Shown here one piece after another: positions 11,018 to 20,680 of a stretch of 64,000 bases of DNA. Both the position numbers and the translations under genes were made by a program. Below the pieces are notes generated by a model. That model ran no database searches, was not told the DNA's origin, and saw nothing but the letters and a program-made list of their open reading frames with translations. The stretch spans positions 1 through 64,000 of the forward strand of contig JAZDCZ010000251.1 of the NCBI GenBank assembly GCA_036679605.1. Direction: 5' to 3'. The first letter of the stretch is position 1. Each line of letters starts with the position of its first letter. This DNA is from Gemmatimonadota bacterium (lineage in GTDB: Bacteria > Gemmatimonadota > Gemmatimonadetes > Gemmatimonadales > GWC2-71-9).

Positions 11018-11667
11018 GGTGAATACCTGCCAACACCAGCGCGCAACTCTGCTCGCGGGATCGCACCATCTCGAATGAGTTTGGGCTCTGGGCTAGTACA
11101 GTCGATCAGGGTCGACGAGGGAACATTACCCAAGACACCGCCGTCCAACACCAACAACTGTCCCGAATTAACGTTGTCCGAAAATATCTCCGCAAGTGCG
11201 CCCACTCCAGGTACCGTGGCATGCCCCGGCCGGTTGGCGGAAGTCGAACTGATCGGCTCCCCGAGTCGCTCGATCAGGGTCGCGGTATGCCTCTGTGAAG
11301 TCCAACGGACGGCGATGCCGCCTTCGGGTCCCCGAAGCCCATCCGGCAATATGCCTTCCCCTCCGAGCAAAACGAGCGTGAGCGGCCCGGGCCAGAACTT
11401 CTCTGACAGCGCACGGGCTGCAGGTGTGAATTGAAGGCCCCGATCGGTTGCCATCGCATGGTTCGCAATCAATAAGAGAAACGGCTTTCCAATGGGGCGG
11501 CCCTTCAGTTTCGCCAGTGCAACAAGGTGTTCATCTCGGGCCAGCGACCCCAAGCCATAAACCGTCTCCGTGGGGTAGGCTAGCAATCCGCCGCCTTGAA
11601 GGTGCTCGGATACCTGCGGAGCCGCAGCCACCACATCATCAATGGAGCGAAACGGCAGCACCGTCAT
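11014..11667 (-). CDS. tsaC: L-threonylcarbamoyladenylate synthase (YrdC/Sua5)
   Basis: YPTETVYGLG, KGRP..KP, FWPGPLTL, STSAN, PSSTLID. Confidence 0.93.
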   Translation of the reverse strand: MTVLPFRSIDDVVAAAPQVSEHLQGGGLLAYPTETVYGLGSLARDEHLVALAKLKGRPIGKPFLLLIANHAMATDRGLQFTPAARALSEKFWPGPLTLVLLGGEGILPDGLRGPEGGIAVRWTSQRHTATLIERLGEPISSTSANRPGHATVPGVGALAEIFSDNVNSGQLLVLDGGVLGNVPSSTLIDCTSPEPKLIRDGAIPRAELRAGVGRYSP

Positions 11668-12374
11668 TCTGTCGCCAACAGCTCGGCAAGCGCAAGATCC
11701 GTGGCCGTAGTGATCTTGATGTTGCTTGCGAGGTCAGGCACGAGGCGGACTTGGAAGCCCGCAGCTTGTACCAGAGCCGCCTCGTCCGTGTAGCTCGCTA
11801 CCGCCGATGCTTCTGTTCTCTCGTACGCTTGCCGCAACATCTCTCGCGGGAACCCCTGGGGCGTCTGGGCACGCCACAGCCGAGCCCGGTCAACCGTCTC
11901 GACGACTTCTCCCGCCTCCGAATCACACATCTTCAGCGTATCGGTAACCGGAAGTGCCGGTACAGCGCCACATGTCACCGCGACTCCTAACACGGCGTCG
12001 ATCGTGTCACGCTCGACGAACGGCCGCGCGGCGTCATGCACCAGGACTATGTCGACGGCATCTTCGAGCGCTTCCAGCGCAAGGCGAACTGATTCGCCTC
12101 GCGTAGCACCTCCGGCGACCAACCTCAATCGATCACTCGCCAGCGATTCGAGCCACGCTGGCGGCTGCTTAACCACCGACTCCGGTAGGGCCACGATGAT
12201 CGGACCCACGCGCGGGTGTTGAGCGAAAGGTCTGACTGACCGAAGCAGCATCGGCACACCTGCAATCAGATGTAGCTGCTTGGGCCCGGCCGTACCGGCC
12301 CTCTCACCGACACCACCGGCCGCTAACAGGACACCGACGTCAGGCTGCAAACCTGCTCGCGAGGTCCCTGACAT
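11664..12374 (-). CDS. ispD: 2-C-methyl-D-erythritol 4-phosphate cytidylyltransferase
   Basis: AAGGVGERAG..GPKQ, GGATRGESV, VHDAARPF, QTPQGF, TDEA, NIKITT. Start may be 12374 or 12350. Confidence 0.93.
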   Translation of the reverse strand: MSGTSRAGLQPDVGVLLAAGGVGERAGTAGPKQLHLIAGVPMLLRSVRPFAQHPRVGPIIVALPESVVKQPPAWLESLASDRLRLVAGGATRGESVRLALEALEDAVDIVLVHDAARPFVERDTIDAVLGVAVTCGAVPALPVTDTLKMCDSEAGEVVETVDRARLWRAQTPQGFPREMLRQAYERTEASAVASYTDEAALVQAAGFQVRLVPDLASNIKITTATDLALAELLATE

Positions 12375-13710
12375 GTGCGATGGGAATGGCGTTGAGTTGA
12401 GCGTCGTACTTACCCCGGGCAGAAACGAAGGCACGTCGGAATCCGAGTCGCTCCGCCTCGGCCAGCCGGCGATCTACCCCTGCCACGGGACGGATCTCAC
12501 CACCCAAACCTACCTCCCCCAAAAACAACGTGTCCGACGGAACCGGTCTATCACTGACCGAAGAACTCAGTGCAGCGACCACCGCAAGGTCAGATGCCGG
12601 TTCGACGAGCCTCACTCCTCCGGTCACGTTCACGAACACGTCGAGATCGTGAAACTTGAGTCCGGCCCTACGCTCGAGCACTGCCAGGAGTACGGCAAGG
12701 CGACGATGGTCCAGTCCTGTGGCAACCCGCTGGGGCGTGCCGTAACCCGACTGTGAAGCAAGTGCCTGGATTTCGATCAATACCGGCCGTGTCCCCTCCA
12801 TGAGCGCCGTCACCGCGGAACCCGGTGTGCTGGGGTCTCGTCCGGCCAAGAATGCGGCGGAGGGATTACTGACTCCCACCAAACCACCTTCTGTCATCTC
12901 GAAGATCCCCACTTCGTCGACCGACCCAAAGCGGTTTTTCACCGCACGCAGAATCCGGAAATGGTTGTTGCTCTCACCCTCAAAGTACAGCACCGTGTCG
13001 ACGACGTGCTCCAACATTTTGGGACCGGCGATTACGCCGCCTCTCGTCACATGACCAATTAGAATGACCGCTGCCCCGGTTTCCTTCGCGAATCGCATTA
13101 GTTTGGCGGCGCACTCTCTAACCTGGCCCACATTACCTGGTGCGCCCTCAAGATCTTCTGTATAGGTCGTCTGAATTGAATCGACAATCATTACCTGGAT
13201 ATTGTGGGCCTCGGCTCGTGCGATCATGCCCTCCAGCAAGACCTCCGGCAGCATTCTCACTCTGCCCGCGTCTTCACCCAGTCGATCTGCACGCAGCCTC
13301 ACCTGCTCAGCGGATTCTTCACCGGACACGTAGAGGGTTTTCACTCCCCTCTCTTCGAAGCGCGCTCCACACTGTAGCAAGAGAGTCGATTTGCCGATGC
13401 CAGGCTCTCCACCCACAATCGTCAGGGAACCAGGGACTATTCCGCCACCCAACACGAAATCGAATTCATTGAGCCCTGTCAGCAGTCGCGGCGCCGAGGA
13501 AGTTTCGAGATCGGAGAGTCTGACAATGTCAGGCCCCTCGCTTCGCCCCGTACCTCTCGGTGACTGAGTGCCTCTCCTTCGGCTCCCGGCACTTCCAGTT
13601 TCCTCTACGAGACAATTCCACGCGTCGCAAGACGAACACTTGCCGCCCCACTTTGCGTGTTCTGCGCCGCACTGGGTACAGCGGTACACCGAGCGGACCC
13701 TACGGGACAT
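12340..13710 (-). CDS. radA: DNA repair protein RadA/Sms
   Basis: Zn finger CTQC...CSSC, Walker A GEPGIGKS, KNRFG, Lon-like C-terminus. Confidence 0.97.
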   Translation of the reverse strand: MSRRVRSVYRCTQCGAEHAKWGGKCSSCDAWNCLVEETGSAGSRRRGTQSPRGTGRSEGPDIVRLSDLETSSAPRLLTGLNEFDFVLGGGIVPGSLTIVGGEPGIGKSTLLLQCGARFEERGVKTLYVSGEESAEQVRLRADRLGEDAGRVRMLPEVLLEGMIARAEAHNIQVMIVDSIQTTYTEDLEGAPGNVGQVRECAAKLMRFAKETGAAVILIGHVTRGGVIAGPKMLEHVVDTVLYFEGESNNHFRILRAVKNRFGSVDEVGIFEMTEGGLVGVSNPSAAFLAGRDPSTPGSAVTALMEGTRPVLIEIQALASQSGYGTPQRVATGLDHRRLAVLLAVLERRAGLKFHDLDVFVNVTGGVRLVEPASDLAVVAALSSSVSDRPVPSDTLFLGEVGLGGEIRPVAGVDRRLAEAERLGFRRAFVSARGKYDAQLNAIPIAHVRDLASRFAA

Positions 13711-15109
13711 CGAACTCGTCGCGCTGTCTGCTGGTGTAGTTGTCAAACCGCGTGTATTGCTTGTGGAAACTCAACTTTATGGTTCCCGTGGGTCCGTTCC
13801 GATGCTTTGCCAACATCAGGTCGGCAACACCCTCTTCGATGTCGTCGCTTCTCTCCAACAGATTCTGGTACATCTCGGCACGGTATATGAACATCACTAG
13901 ATCGGCGTCCTGTTCGATGGCTCCAGAGTCGCGAAGATCGGAAAGCACCGGCCTGCGGTCGCCACCGCGTTGCTCGGGCGCACGCGATAGCTGCGACAAC
14001 GCCACGACCGGCGTCTGGAGTTCACGTGCCAGCGCCTTCAACGATCGAGAGATAAAGCTTATTTCCTCCTGCCGGCTCTCGTGACGTGCCGACCCGCGGA
14101 TTAGCTGCAGGTAGTCAACGATGATCAATCCGATGTCATGTTCGGCCTTCATCCGCCGTGCCTTTGAGCGAATCTCCAACAGAGTGAGTGAAGGAGTGTC
14201 GTCAATCCAAAGTGGAGCAGTTCCCAAGAGCCCTGCCGCACGAGACATCTTGGGGTAATCATCGTCGCGCAGCTTGCCACTGCGGAGCCTTTGCAGATCG
14301 ACAAAACTCTCCGCTGCGAGCAGCCTTTCCACCAATTGGTCACGTGACATCTCGAGCGAGAATATCGCCGTCGGGGTACTGCCCTCCAGCGCGGCGTTCG
14401 CCGCCGCGTTGAGACAAAACGCCGTCTTGCCCATCGATGGTCGTGCGGCCACAATGATGAGATCGCTCTTTTGAAATCCGTTGGTCATCTCATCTAAATC
14501 TGTGAAGCCGCTCCGAATTCCACGTACCGATTCGTCTCCCCGATGGCGCAATTCAATGCGTTCCATCGCCTGCCACATGAGTTCTTTGATGCGAACTACT
14601 TCTTGAGTGCCTCTCTGAAAGGACAGCTCGAAGACCTGCTGTTCGGCTTCATCCAGCAGGTTGCCGACCTCTTCATGGCCCTCGTAAGCGGTCCGCACTA
14701 TCCCCGTGCCAATGTCAATGAGGCGCCGCAGCAGTGATTTTTCTTTGACGATCCGGCAGTGATACTCGATGTTGGCGGCCGTCGGCACCACATCGAGCAG
14801 CTCGGCGATGTAATCTGTGCCCCCGGCGCGCTCCAGATCTCCGCTCCGCTCCAGTTCGTCCCGCAGGACCACCGGATCGACTACGTCCCCTCGTTCGATA
14901 AGCTTCGCAAACGCTCGGAAGATTCGGCGGTGTTGTTCGCGATAGAACGCCGTGTCATCGAGCAACTCGACGGCCTTGAGACCGGCGTCGGCGTCCAGCA
15001 GCATCGCACCCAATACAGCCTGTTCGGCCTCCGAACTCCACGGAGTCCGTTGACCGGTCAGTTCTTCGGTGCTACTGGTCAAGGAGTTGGCGTGCGATAC
15101 GGACGTCAT
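13700..15109 (-). CDS. dnaB: Replicative DNA helicase
   Basis: EAEQAVLG, AARPSMGKT, VDYLQL, LSQLSR, DLRDSGAIEQDAD, KHRNGPTG. No intein-sized insertion. Confidence 0.98.
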   Translation of the reverse strand: MTSVSHANSLTSSTEELTGQRTPWSSEAEQAVLGAMLLDADAGLKAVELLDDTAFYREQHRRIFRAFAKLIERGDVVDPVVLRDELERSGDLERAGGTDYIAELLDVVPTAANIEYHCRIVKEKSLLRRLIDIGTGIVRTAYEGHEEVGNLLDEAEQQVFELSFQRGTQEVVRIKELMWQAMERIELRHRGDESVRGIRSGFTDLDEMTNGFQKSDLIIVAARPSMGKTAFCLNAAANAALEGSTPTAIFSLEMSRDQLVERLLAAESFVDLQRLRSGKLRDDDYPKMSRAAGLLGTAPLWIDDTPSLTLLEIRSKARRMKAEHDIGLIIVDYLQLIRGSARHESRQEEISFISRSLKALARELQTPVVALSQLSRAPEQRGGDRRPVLSDLRDSGAIEQDADLVMFIYRAEMYQNLLERSDDIEEGVADLMLAKHRNGPTGTIKLSFHKQYTRFDNYTSRQRDEFDVP

Positions 15110-15896
15110 CCCAAGTCGGCTGTTTCCAGTTCGGGTTTCTAAGGAGTGCAGCAGGGTGATACGTCACAACGAGTTTCGTTCCGCGGAACGAGTGCACCCG
15201 ATTCCGCAAGGATCCAAGCGACTGTCTCACGTTGAGTAGAGTCTCCGCTGCGGTACCGCCCATGGCTAGTATGACCTTTGGACCGATGATTTCAAGTTGT
15301 CGATGAAGATACTTCACGCAGGCGTCAATTTCGTCCTGCTGAGGCTTTCGATTATCGGGCGGGCGGCACTTGACGATGTTACAGATAAACACCTGTTCCC
15401 GTGGAAGATCTATTGCCCGAAGGATCTCTGTAAGCAGCTCGCCGGCTCGACCTACAAATGGCCGGCCGGTCTCGTCCTCTCTTGCTCCGGGACCCTCCCC
15501 CACGACCGCTAGCCGAGCATCGCTCGGGCCTTCGCCAGGCACGGTGTTAGTTCGATTCTCGCAGAGTCGACAATCGGTGCACGCGTTGACTGCGCCAACT
15601 ATTCCCTCGAGATCCGGCCTCGCGGCGTCATCCAAGTCGAACAGATCGGTTGTGGGAGCCGTCACCACAATGCCCTGTGCGGGAATTTCCGGTGCCCCCC
15701 TTTTCCATTTCTCCATACGCACAGGCTTTGCGGCCTTTCCTTTGCCGGCTAGCGGTTCGGCAGGTGGTGCGCTCGCGGAAGGTCCGGTCAGTCTCCCAAC
15801 GATTGCCGAAGACTCGCGACCCAACACCAATGGGCCCTCACCTAGTTCATCTCGCTGTCGAAGGTAGTTCCAAAGTAAGGATCGGGCGTCACTCAC
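15072..15896 (-). CDS. Uracil-DNA glycosylase family 4 (4Fe-4S)
   Basis: CTDCRLC, GEGPG..ED..GRPFVGRAG, NIVKCRPP.NR, TYHPAALLR. Confidence 0.93.
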   Translation of the reverse strand: MSDARSLLWNYLRQRDELGEGPLVLGRESSAIVGRLTGPSASAPPAEPLAGKGKAAKPVRMEKWKRGAPEIPAQGIVVTAPTTDLFDLDDAARPDLEGIVGAVNACTDCRLCENRTNTVPGEGPSDARLAVVGEGPGAREDETGRPFVGRAGELLTEILRAIDLPREQVFICNIVKCRPPDNRKPQQDEIDACVKYLHRQLEIIGPKVILAMGGTAAETLLNVRQSLGSLRNRVHSFRGTKLVVTYHPAALLRNPNWKQPTWDDVRIARQLLDQ

Positions 15897-17083
15897 AAGA
15901 GCTTCTCGACCCGATCCAGAATATTCTCCGCGACCTGCTGTTTGCTCAGCAATGGAAGTTCAGCGGCTTCCGATTTCGTAACTAGGGTCACCTTGTTGGT
16001 CTCGGTCTCGAATCCGGATTTCGGGTCCGACTCTGAATTGAGGACAATGAGATCGAGCTGCTTGGACTCGAGTTTCGCGCGCGCGCGTTCGACGCCGCCC
16101 GTTGTCTCGAGCGCGAAGCCTACCGCGATGCACGTCTCCTGTCTCAGCTCCGCGGTGCTCTTGAGCACGTCAGGAGTTGGCTCCAGACGAAGTGTAATCG
16201 TTCCGTCTTCCCGCTTTAGCTTGTCGCCAGCAGGTTCTCCTGCGCTGTAATCCGAGGGAGCGGCCGCCATTAGAATAACGTCCGCTCGAGTCAGTCGTTC
16301 CGCAATGGCGTCACGAAGTTGACAGGTGGTAACTACCTTCACCGTCTCGACACCATACGGTGTGGGTAGCTGGGTCGGCCCGGTTACTAGAGTAACCTGT
16401 GCTCCTCGCTCATAGGCCGCACAAGCGAGGGCGAACCCCATGCGTCCGCTGGATGGATTCGTTATGACGCGCACAGGATCGAGGTATTCTCGCGTTGGGC
16501 CGGCCGTAACGAGAACGTGCTTTCCCGAAAGGGAGCTGTGGGGTGCTCGCAGCAACCTGAGCGCTTCGGCCACGATCTCCTCCGGCTCAACCATCCGACC
16601 TGGCCGTTCGCTCGGGCCCTCGGCTAACGACCCCACGGCCGGACCGACGAAGGTCCACCCATTCGCTCTCAACGTATCGATGTTGGCAGAAGTAACCGGC
16701 TGCGCGAACATGTTGTCGTTCATTGCCGGTGCCGCAAGGACCGGAACTTCGCGGGCCAGTAGAATTGCGGTCAGTAGATCGTCTGCGATACCCTGAGCCG
16801 CCCTCGCCAAGAGATTGGCGGTGGCAGGACAAACGACGATGAGGTTGGGCTTACGACCGAGGTCGATATGGGCCAGAGCCCGGCCACGCTCCCATAAAGA
16901 GGTGGTCACGCTGTGTCCGCACAGTGCTTCGAAGGTGACCGGCCGGACGAACTCGGCCGCCGCCGCCGTCATGACCACGTCGACATCGGCGCCGGCCTCT
17001 TTCAACCGCCGGACAACGCTGCACGCCTTGTAACTCGCAATGCCGCCCGACACGCCTACTAGGACGCGCCGGACTGTGGTCAC
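15893..17083 (-). CDS. coaBC: Bifunctional phosphopantothenoylcysteine decarboxylase/synthetase
   Basis: GGIASYK, PATANL, PAMN, TAGPTRE.LDPVR.ITNPSSGRMG, VGFALET. Confidence 0.97.
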   Translation of the reverse strand: MTTVRRVLVGVSGGIASYKACSVVRRLKEAGADVDVVMTAAAAEFVRPVTFEALCGHSVTTSLWERGRALAHIDLGRKPNLIVVCPATANLLARAAQGIADDLLTAILLAREVPVLAAPAMNDNMFAQPVTSANIDTLRANGWTFVGPAVGSLAEGPSERPGRMVEPEEIVAEALRLLRAPHSSLSGKHVLVTAGPTREYLDPVRVITNPSSGRMGFALACAAYERGAQVTLVTGPTQLPTPYGVETVKVVTTCQLRDAIAERLTRADVILMAAAPSDYSAGEPAGDKLKREDGTITLRLEPTPDVLKSTAELRQETCIAVGFALETTGGVERARAKLESKQLDLIVLNSESDPKSGFETETNKVTLVTKSEAAELPLLSKQQVAENILDRVEKLL

Positions 17084-17292
17084 GCGTCGGAGCGTCTCCG
17101 ACGAACCATGCGGTAAGTCAGCGCTCCCGAGGCTAATTCTTCCAGTGCACGAGTGGTCAGTTTTTTCTCCAATTCGACTGACCGATCCCGCGGGAAATCA
17201 TTGACAAAACGCGCGAATTTTCCGGCCACTAGTACGCCCAGGTACTTGTTCCCTGCCCGCAAGGCTACTTCATCAGGTGTTACAATGTGCAT
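17080..17292 (-). CDS. rpoZ: RNA polymerase omega subunit
   Basis: NKYLGVLVAGKFAR...KLTTRALEEL, between gmk and coaBC. Confidence 0.85.
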   Translation of the reverse strand: MHIVTPDEVALRAGNKYLGVLVAGKFARFVNDFPRDRSVELEKKLTTRALEELASGALTYRMVRRRRSDA

Positions 17293-17305
17293 TCACTACT
17301 CCCAA

Positions 17306-17950
17306 TTAGGGCGCCAGGCGATCGACTATCTCCGTCAGCCCCTGGTGCAGATTATCCAAGTCTTCCTGTAACGAAGGGATTCTGTGTGAACGGCACGACT
17401 CAGAGTCAATAATCGAGGCAACCGCTGACACTGCCTGAGTCAGGTCGTCGTTCACCACTATGTAATCGTAATTAGATGCCTCTTCTATCTCTTCCATGGC
17501 CCGCAGCATCCGCTTGCGCAGATCCGGTCCGGACTCGTCACCTCCGCGCTGTTTCAGCCGCTCGACCAACACCGCTGCCGAAGGTGGGAGGATAAAGATA
17601 CTCACAACGGCCTCGCTGCGCTGGCGGACCTGGCGGGCACCACGGACCTCGATATCCAGCACGACATGGCGGCTGGTACTCAATACAGCATCCACTTCAC
17701 TTACCAGCGTGCCATACAAGTGACCGCTGTATTCCGCCCATTCGAGAAACTCACCATTGTCGCTGCGGCGGAGAAACTCCTCTTGTTCGAGAAAATGATA
17801 ATCTCTACCGTCTTGCTCTCCCTCTCGCGCTTTCCGCGTCGTCGCCGAGACACTGAAGCCGATATCTTCTCGGGCCGACGCCAGAGTCCTGGCGATAGTG
17901 GTCTTTCCTCCGCCCGACGGCGAAGAGAGCACCAACAGGAATCGTTTCAT
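17306..17950 (-). CDS. gmk: Guanylate kinase
   Basis: SSPSGGGKTT, SATTR..REGE.DG.DYHF, YGT, ILPPS, YDYIVVND. Confidence 0.97.
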   Translation of the reverse strand: MKRFLLVLSSPSGGGKTTIARTLASAREDIGFSVSATTRKAREGEQDGRDYHFLEQEEFLRRSDNGEFLEWAEYSGHLYGTLVSEVDAVLSTSRHVVLDIEVRGARQVRQRSEAVVSIFILPPSAAVLVERLKQRGGDESGPDLRKRMLRAMEEIEEASNYDYIVVNDDLTQAVSAVASIIDSESCRSHRIPSLQEDLDNLHQGLTEIVDRLAP

Positions 17951-18822
17951 TCCAGATTCTCGACCTGCTCGCGGAACTTCTCAATGACTCCCTTCATGGC
18001 GATCACCGTCTGTGCAATTACGGCGTCGTTGGCCTTGGATCCGATCGTGTTGATCTCTCGCAGCATCTCCTGGCCGAGGAATGTGAGTTCGCGACCTACC
18101 GGTCCGTCCTTTCGCACAACCTCCCGGCATGCTGCGAGATGGGTTCTGAGGCGAACGATTTCTTCGGTTATGTCGAGCTTGTCGGCGATAAGAGCGATCT
18201 CTTGATGCAGACGGTCGTCGTCCAGCTTCCGCCCATCCAGCAATTCAGACACCGACCTACCCAGCCGATCACGCTCGGCTGCCAGTCGCTGCGGTGCCCG
18301 TTCCTCAATCGATAGCGATTGGTCGTTCAGTTCGGTCAGGAAATCCAGCAGCACTGCAGTCAGCGCAGCGCCCTCCCGCTCCCGCGTCGTCACCACCTGC
18401 ACCACCGCCGCCTCTACGATCTCCAACACCTGCTTGGTATCTAGATGATTCTCCGATCCCTGCGTCACAGTGAAAATATCGGGTTGCCGCGCGACGAAAC
18501 CGATGTCGATGTCTCCCGGAAGTTTCAGAGCCTCTTTGAGGTCGGTCAAGGCCTTCACCACTTCACGCGCGCGATCTAGATTCACCGACGTCACGGCGTC
18601 CCGTTCAGGCTCTTCTATCCATCGTGCAATCAATGTGACGTGACCGCGGGCCAAGTGCGTCCTCACGTGAGCACGCAATTCGCTCTCGAGCGGCTGCAGC
18701 GGACTGCACAGCTTGATGACTGTAGAAAAGTGGCGGTGATTTACAGTACGGATCTCGACGTGAAGTCGTCCGGAGTTGACCGAACCCTCAGCAGCTCCGT
18801 ATCCGGTCATTGATCTGGGCAC
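17947..18822 (-). CDS. yicC: YicC/YloC-family endoribonuclease
   Basis: SMTGYG, EIRTVNHR, DITEEIVRL, QEMLREINTIGSK, REQVENLE. Confidence 0.95.
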   Translation of the reverse strand: MPRSMTGYGAAEGSVNSGRLHVEIRTVNHRHFSTVIKLCSPLQPLESELRAHVRTHLARGHVTLIARWIEEPERDAVTSVNLDRAREVVKALTDLKEALKLPGDIDIGFVARQPDIFTVTQGSENHLDTKQVLEIVEAAVVQVVTTREREGAALTAVLLDFLTELNDQSLSIEERAPQRLAAERDRLGRSVSELLDGRKLDDDRLHQEIALIADKLDITEEIVRLRTHLAACREVVRKDGPVGRELTFLGQEMLREINTIGSKANDAVIAQTVIAMKGVIEKFREQVENLE

Positions 18823-18898
18823 TCTGACTATCCTTGGCGCGTCGCGAAAAGAAAAGTAACATAGCCGTCTACTCCGCCAATCTCCACCACCACGTCGT

Positions 18899-20680
18899 CT
18901 AATTCAGGAATTTCCACTTTACACCGAACGTTTGCACGCTAGGAGGGAAGGTCAGACCAGGCACAAACGGAATCTTGTTGTTGTAGGCGTTACGGAGACT
19001 CCAGAATGCCGTGAAACCCGCTATCTGGAACTGCAGGAAACTCTCGTAGAAGGTGGCTCCTACGAGTGTGATGGGTTGCCCAGCCTCGTCCAACCCTGCG
19101 GTGCCCGTACTCCACGATTCGATTGCAATCTGTGCTTTCAGATCGAATGCACCACTTCTGAACGTCTTCCAGAATTTAGATCTGAGAGTCATCTCGACCC
19201 GCGCGTGCGTTGGCGGCTGCAGATCGGCCGATTTCCCCGAGGCCGGGTTCGAATACATTGCTGTAAAGGCGAGCGCATCAGACGTTTCCCACCGCACGTT
19301 GGCAACTACGTAGGTTGCCGCCTGAGAGGTGTCAACGCCCGCAATGACCTTGAGGTCGGGATAGGGCAGCGGCAAGAACCGGTCTCTCCGCACCACCCCA
19401 ACCCTCCCACTCAAGGCGCCGAGGTCGAGGCCTGCCTGCACCGATCTATCGAGCGTGCGCTGCGCCGAGTCGCTGCGAATCGCAGGCGCCTGCACCTCGT
19501 CGTTCAAATCGACTGATCCAACGAGAGACAAGATACCCCGGTAGAGCCCCACCGAACCCGTAGCCCCTTTGGAGGTCCGGTCTGCTTCATGTTTGCGCCA
19601 GCGACCACTCGCCGACACGACAAGACCTTGGAACGGCACCCAACCGACCATTCCTTCAAGTCCGGCGGTCGTTCTGGCATCACCCACAAGTCCTGTGATC
19701 TCCAGCGTGGACGCCGGCCTACGATAGCGGAGCGTAAGATGCGCTTGGCGAACATGTTGGTCGGGTACGATGGAGTCCGAGGTCCAAGAACTTGCCGCCA
19801 ACAGGGTCTCCACCCGGAGACCCATCCCGTGCGGCTTGCTCCCACTCGCCAGCTGTACGAGAATATCGGTTCTGGTTCCGAAGCGGCGCGGAACTAGGAT
19901 GTCGGGCGCTGTTCCCACTGCGTCGCGCTCCTCTCGCTGCTGCCGCAGTTGCCAACTCGCCTCAGTGCGATCCGACGGATGAAAGTCCAGCCGAGCCCAT
20001 ACGTCGAACGTTTGATCGTTGCGTCCCATTCCGCTCGCACCGTCAGTGCCGACGAAATCGGCGGCTAGGTTTACACCTAGCCCCATGGGCCATCGCTTCT
20101 GAAACATTCCGGCGAACTTGCCGGTGTTGAAGTCGCCGGTCCCAACGGTCAACTCGGTTCTTGCGTCGAGACCACCGTGCCTGGCGGAAACGAGATAGAT
20201 CTTCAATCTCGATGGCAATACCTGAACGTCGACACGATGCAGGTACGTAAGTGGGATGCGCCCGGGATCTATGAAGAGCGAGTCACCTCCCATGGGAATC
20301 ATGGGCATGCCGTCCCAGTAGATCTCGATCGAGGCACCCCCCCGCCCCGCATACGCGATGTACTCTGGCTGTCCCAGGAACCCGGCGCGGGCAATGTAAA
20401 CTCCTGGGATCGATGCCAGCAGATCGGAGAGAGTGAGACCTCGAACCCAGAGGATCGAGTCGCTGCTGAACGTGTACCGCGTCCCCGGCGGCAACGGTCC
20501 GGCAGGCACACTAGGCTCTCCGGTCGGGATAGCCAGCGGAAGCACCCGCACTGCACTATCTGGTGGGGACTGCTCCTCTACAGCAACCGTGGTGTCCTGT
20601 GCGGCCAATGAAACGGCTAATAATGAGAATGCTGGGCTGACTGACGCTACCACAACGAAGGCGCGCCACTTGGGGATCAC
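18899..20680 (-). CDS. Outer-membrane protein with TonB-dependent receptor plug-like domain
   Basis: GTG at 20680 overlaps the pepA stop. Signal peptide, plug motif TLSDLLASIPGV...YWDGMP, amphipathic strands, C-terminal GVKWKF. Confidence 0.75.
   Translation of the reverse strand: MIPKWRAFVVVASVSPAFSLLAVSLAAQDTTVAVEEQSPPDSAVRVLPLAIPTGEPSVPAGPLPPGTRYTFSSDSILWVRGLTLSDLLASIPGVYIARAGFLGQPEYIAYAGRGGASIEIYWDGMPMIPMGGDSLFIDPGRIPLTYLHRVDVQVLPSRLKIYLVSARHGGLDARTELTVGTGDFNTGKFAGMFQKRWPMGLGVNLAADFVGTDGASGMGRNDQTFDVWARLDFHPSDRTEASWQLRQQREERDAVGTAPDILVPRRFGTRTDILVQLASGSKPHGMGLRVETLLAASSWTSDSIVPDQHVRQAHLTLRYRRPASTLEITGLVGDARTTAGLEGMVGWVPFQGLVVSASGRWRKHEADRTSKGATGSVGLYRGILSLVGSVDLNDEVQAPAIRSDSAQRTLDRSVQAGLDLGALSGRVGVVRRDRFLPLPYPDLKVIAGVDTSQAATYVVANVRWETSDALAFTAMYSNPASGKSADLQPPTHARVEMTLRSKFWKTFRSGAFDLKAQIAIESWSTGTAGLDEAGQPITLVGATFYESFLQFQIAGFTAFWSLRNAYNNKIPFVPGLTFPPSVQTFGVKWKFLN

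Noticed and set aside
4533..12374. carA without carB and ispD without ispF
   Set aside because: Split arrangements are common and the partners are probably elsewhere in the genome.
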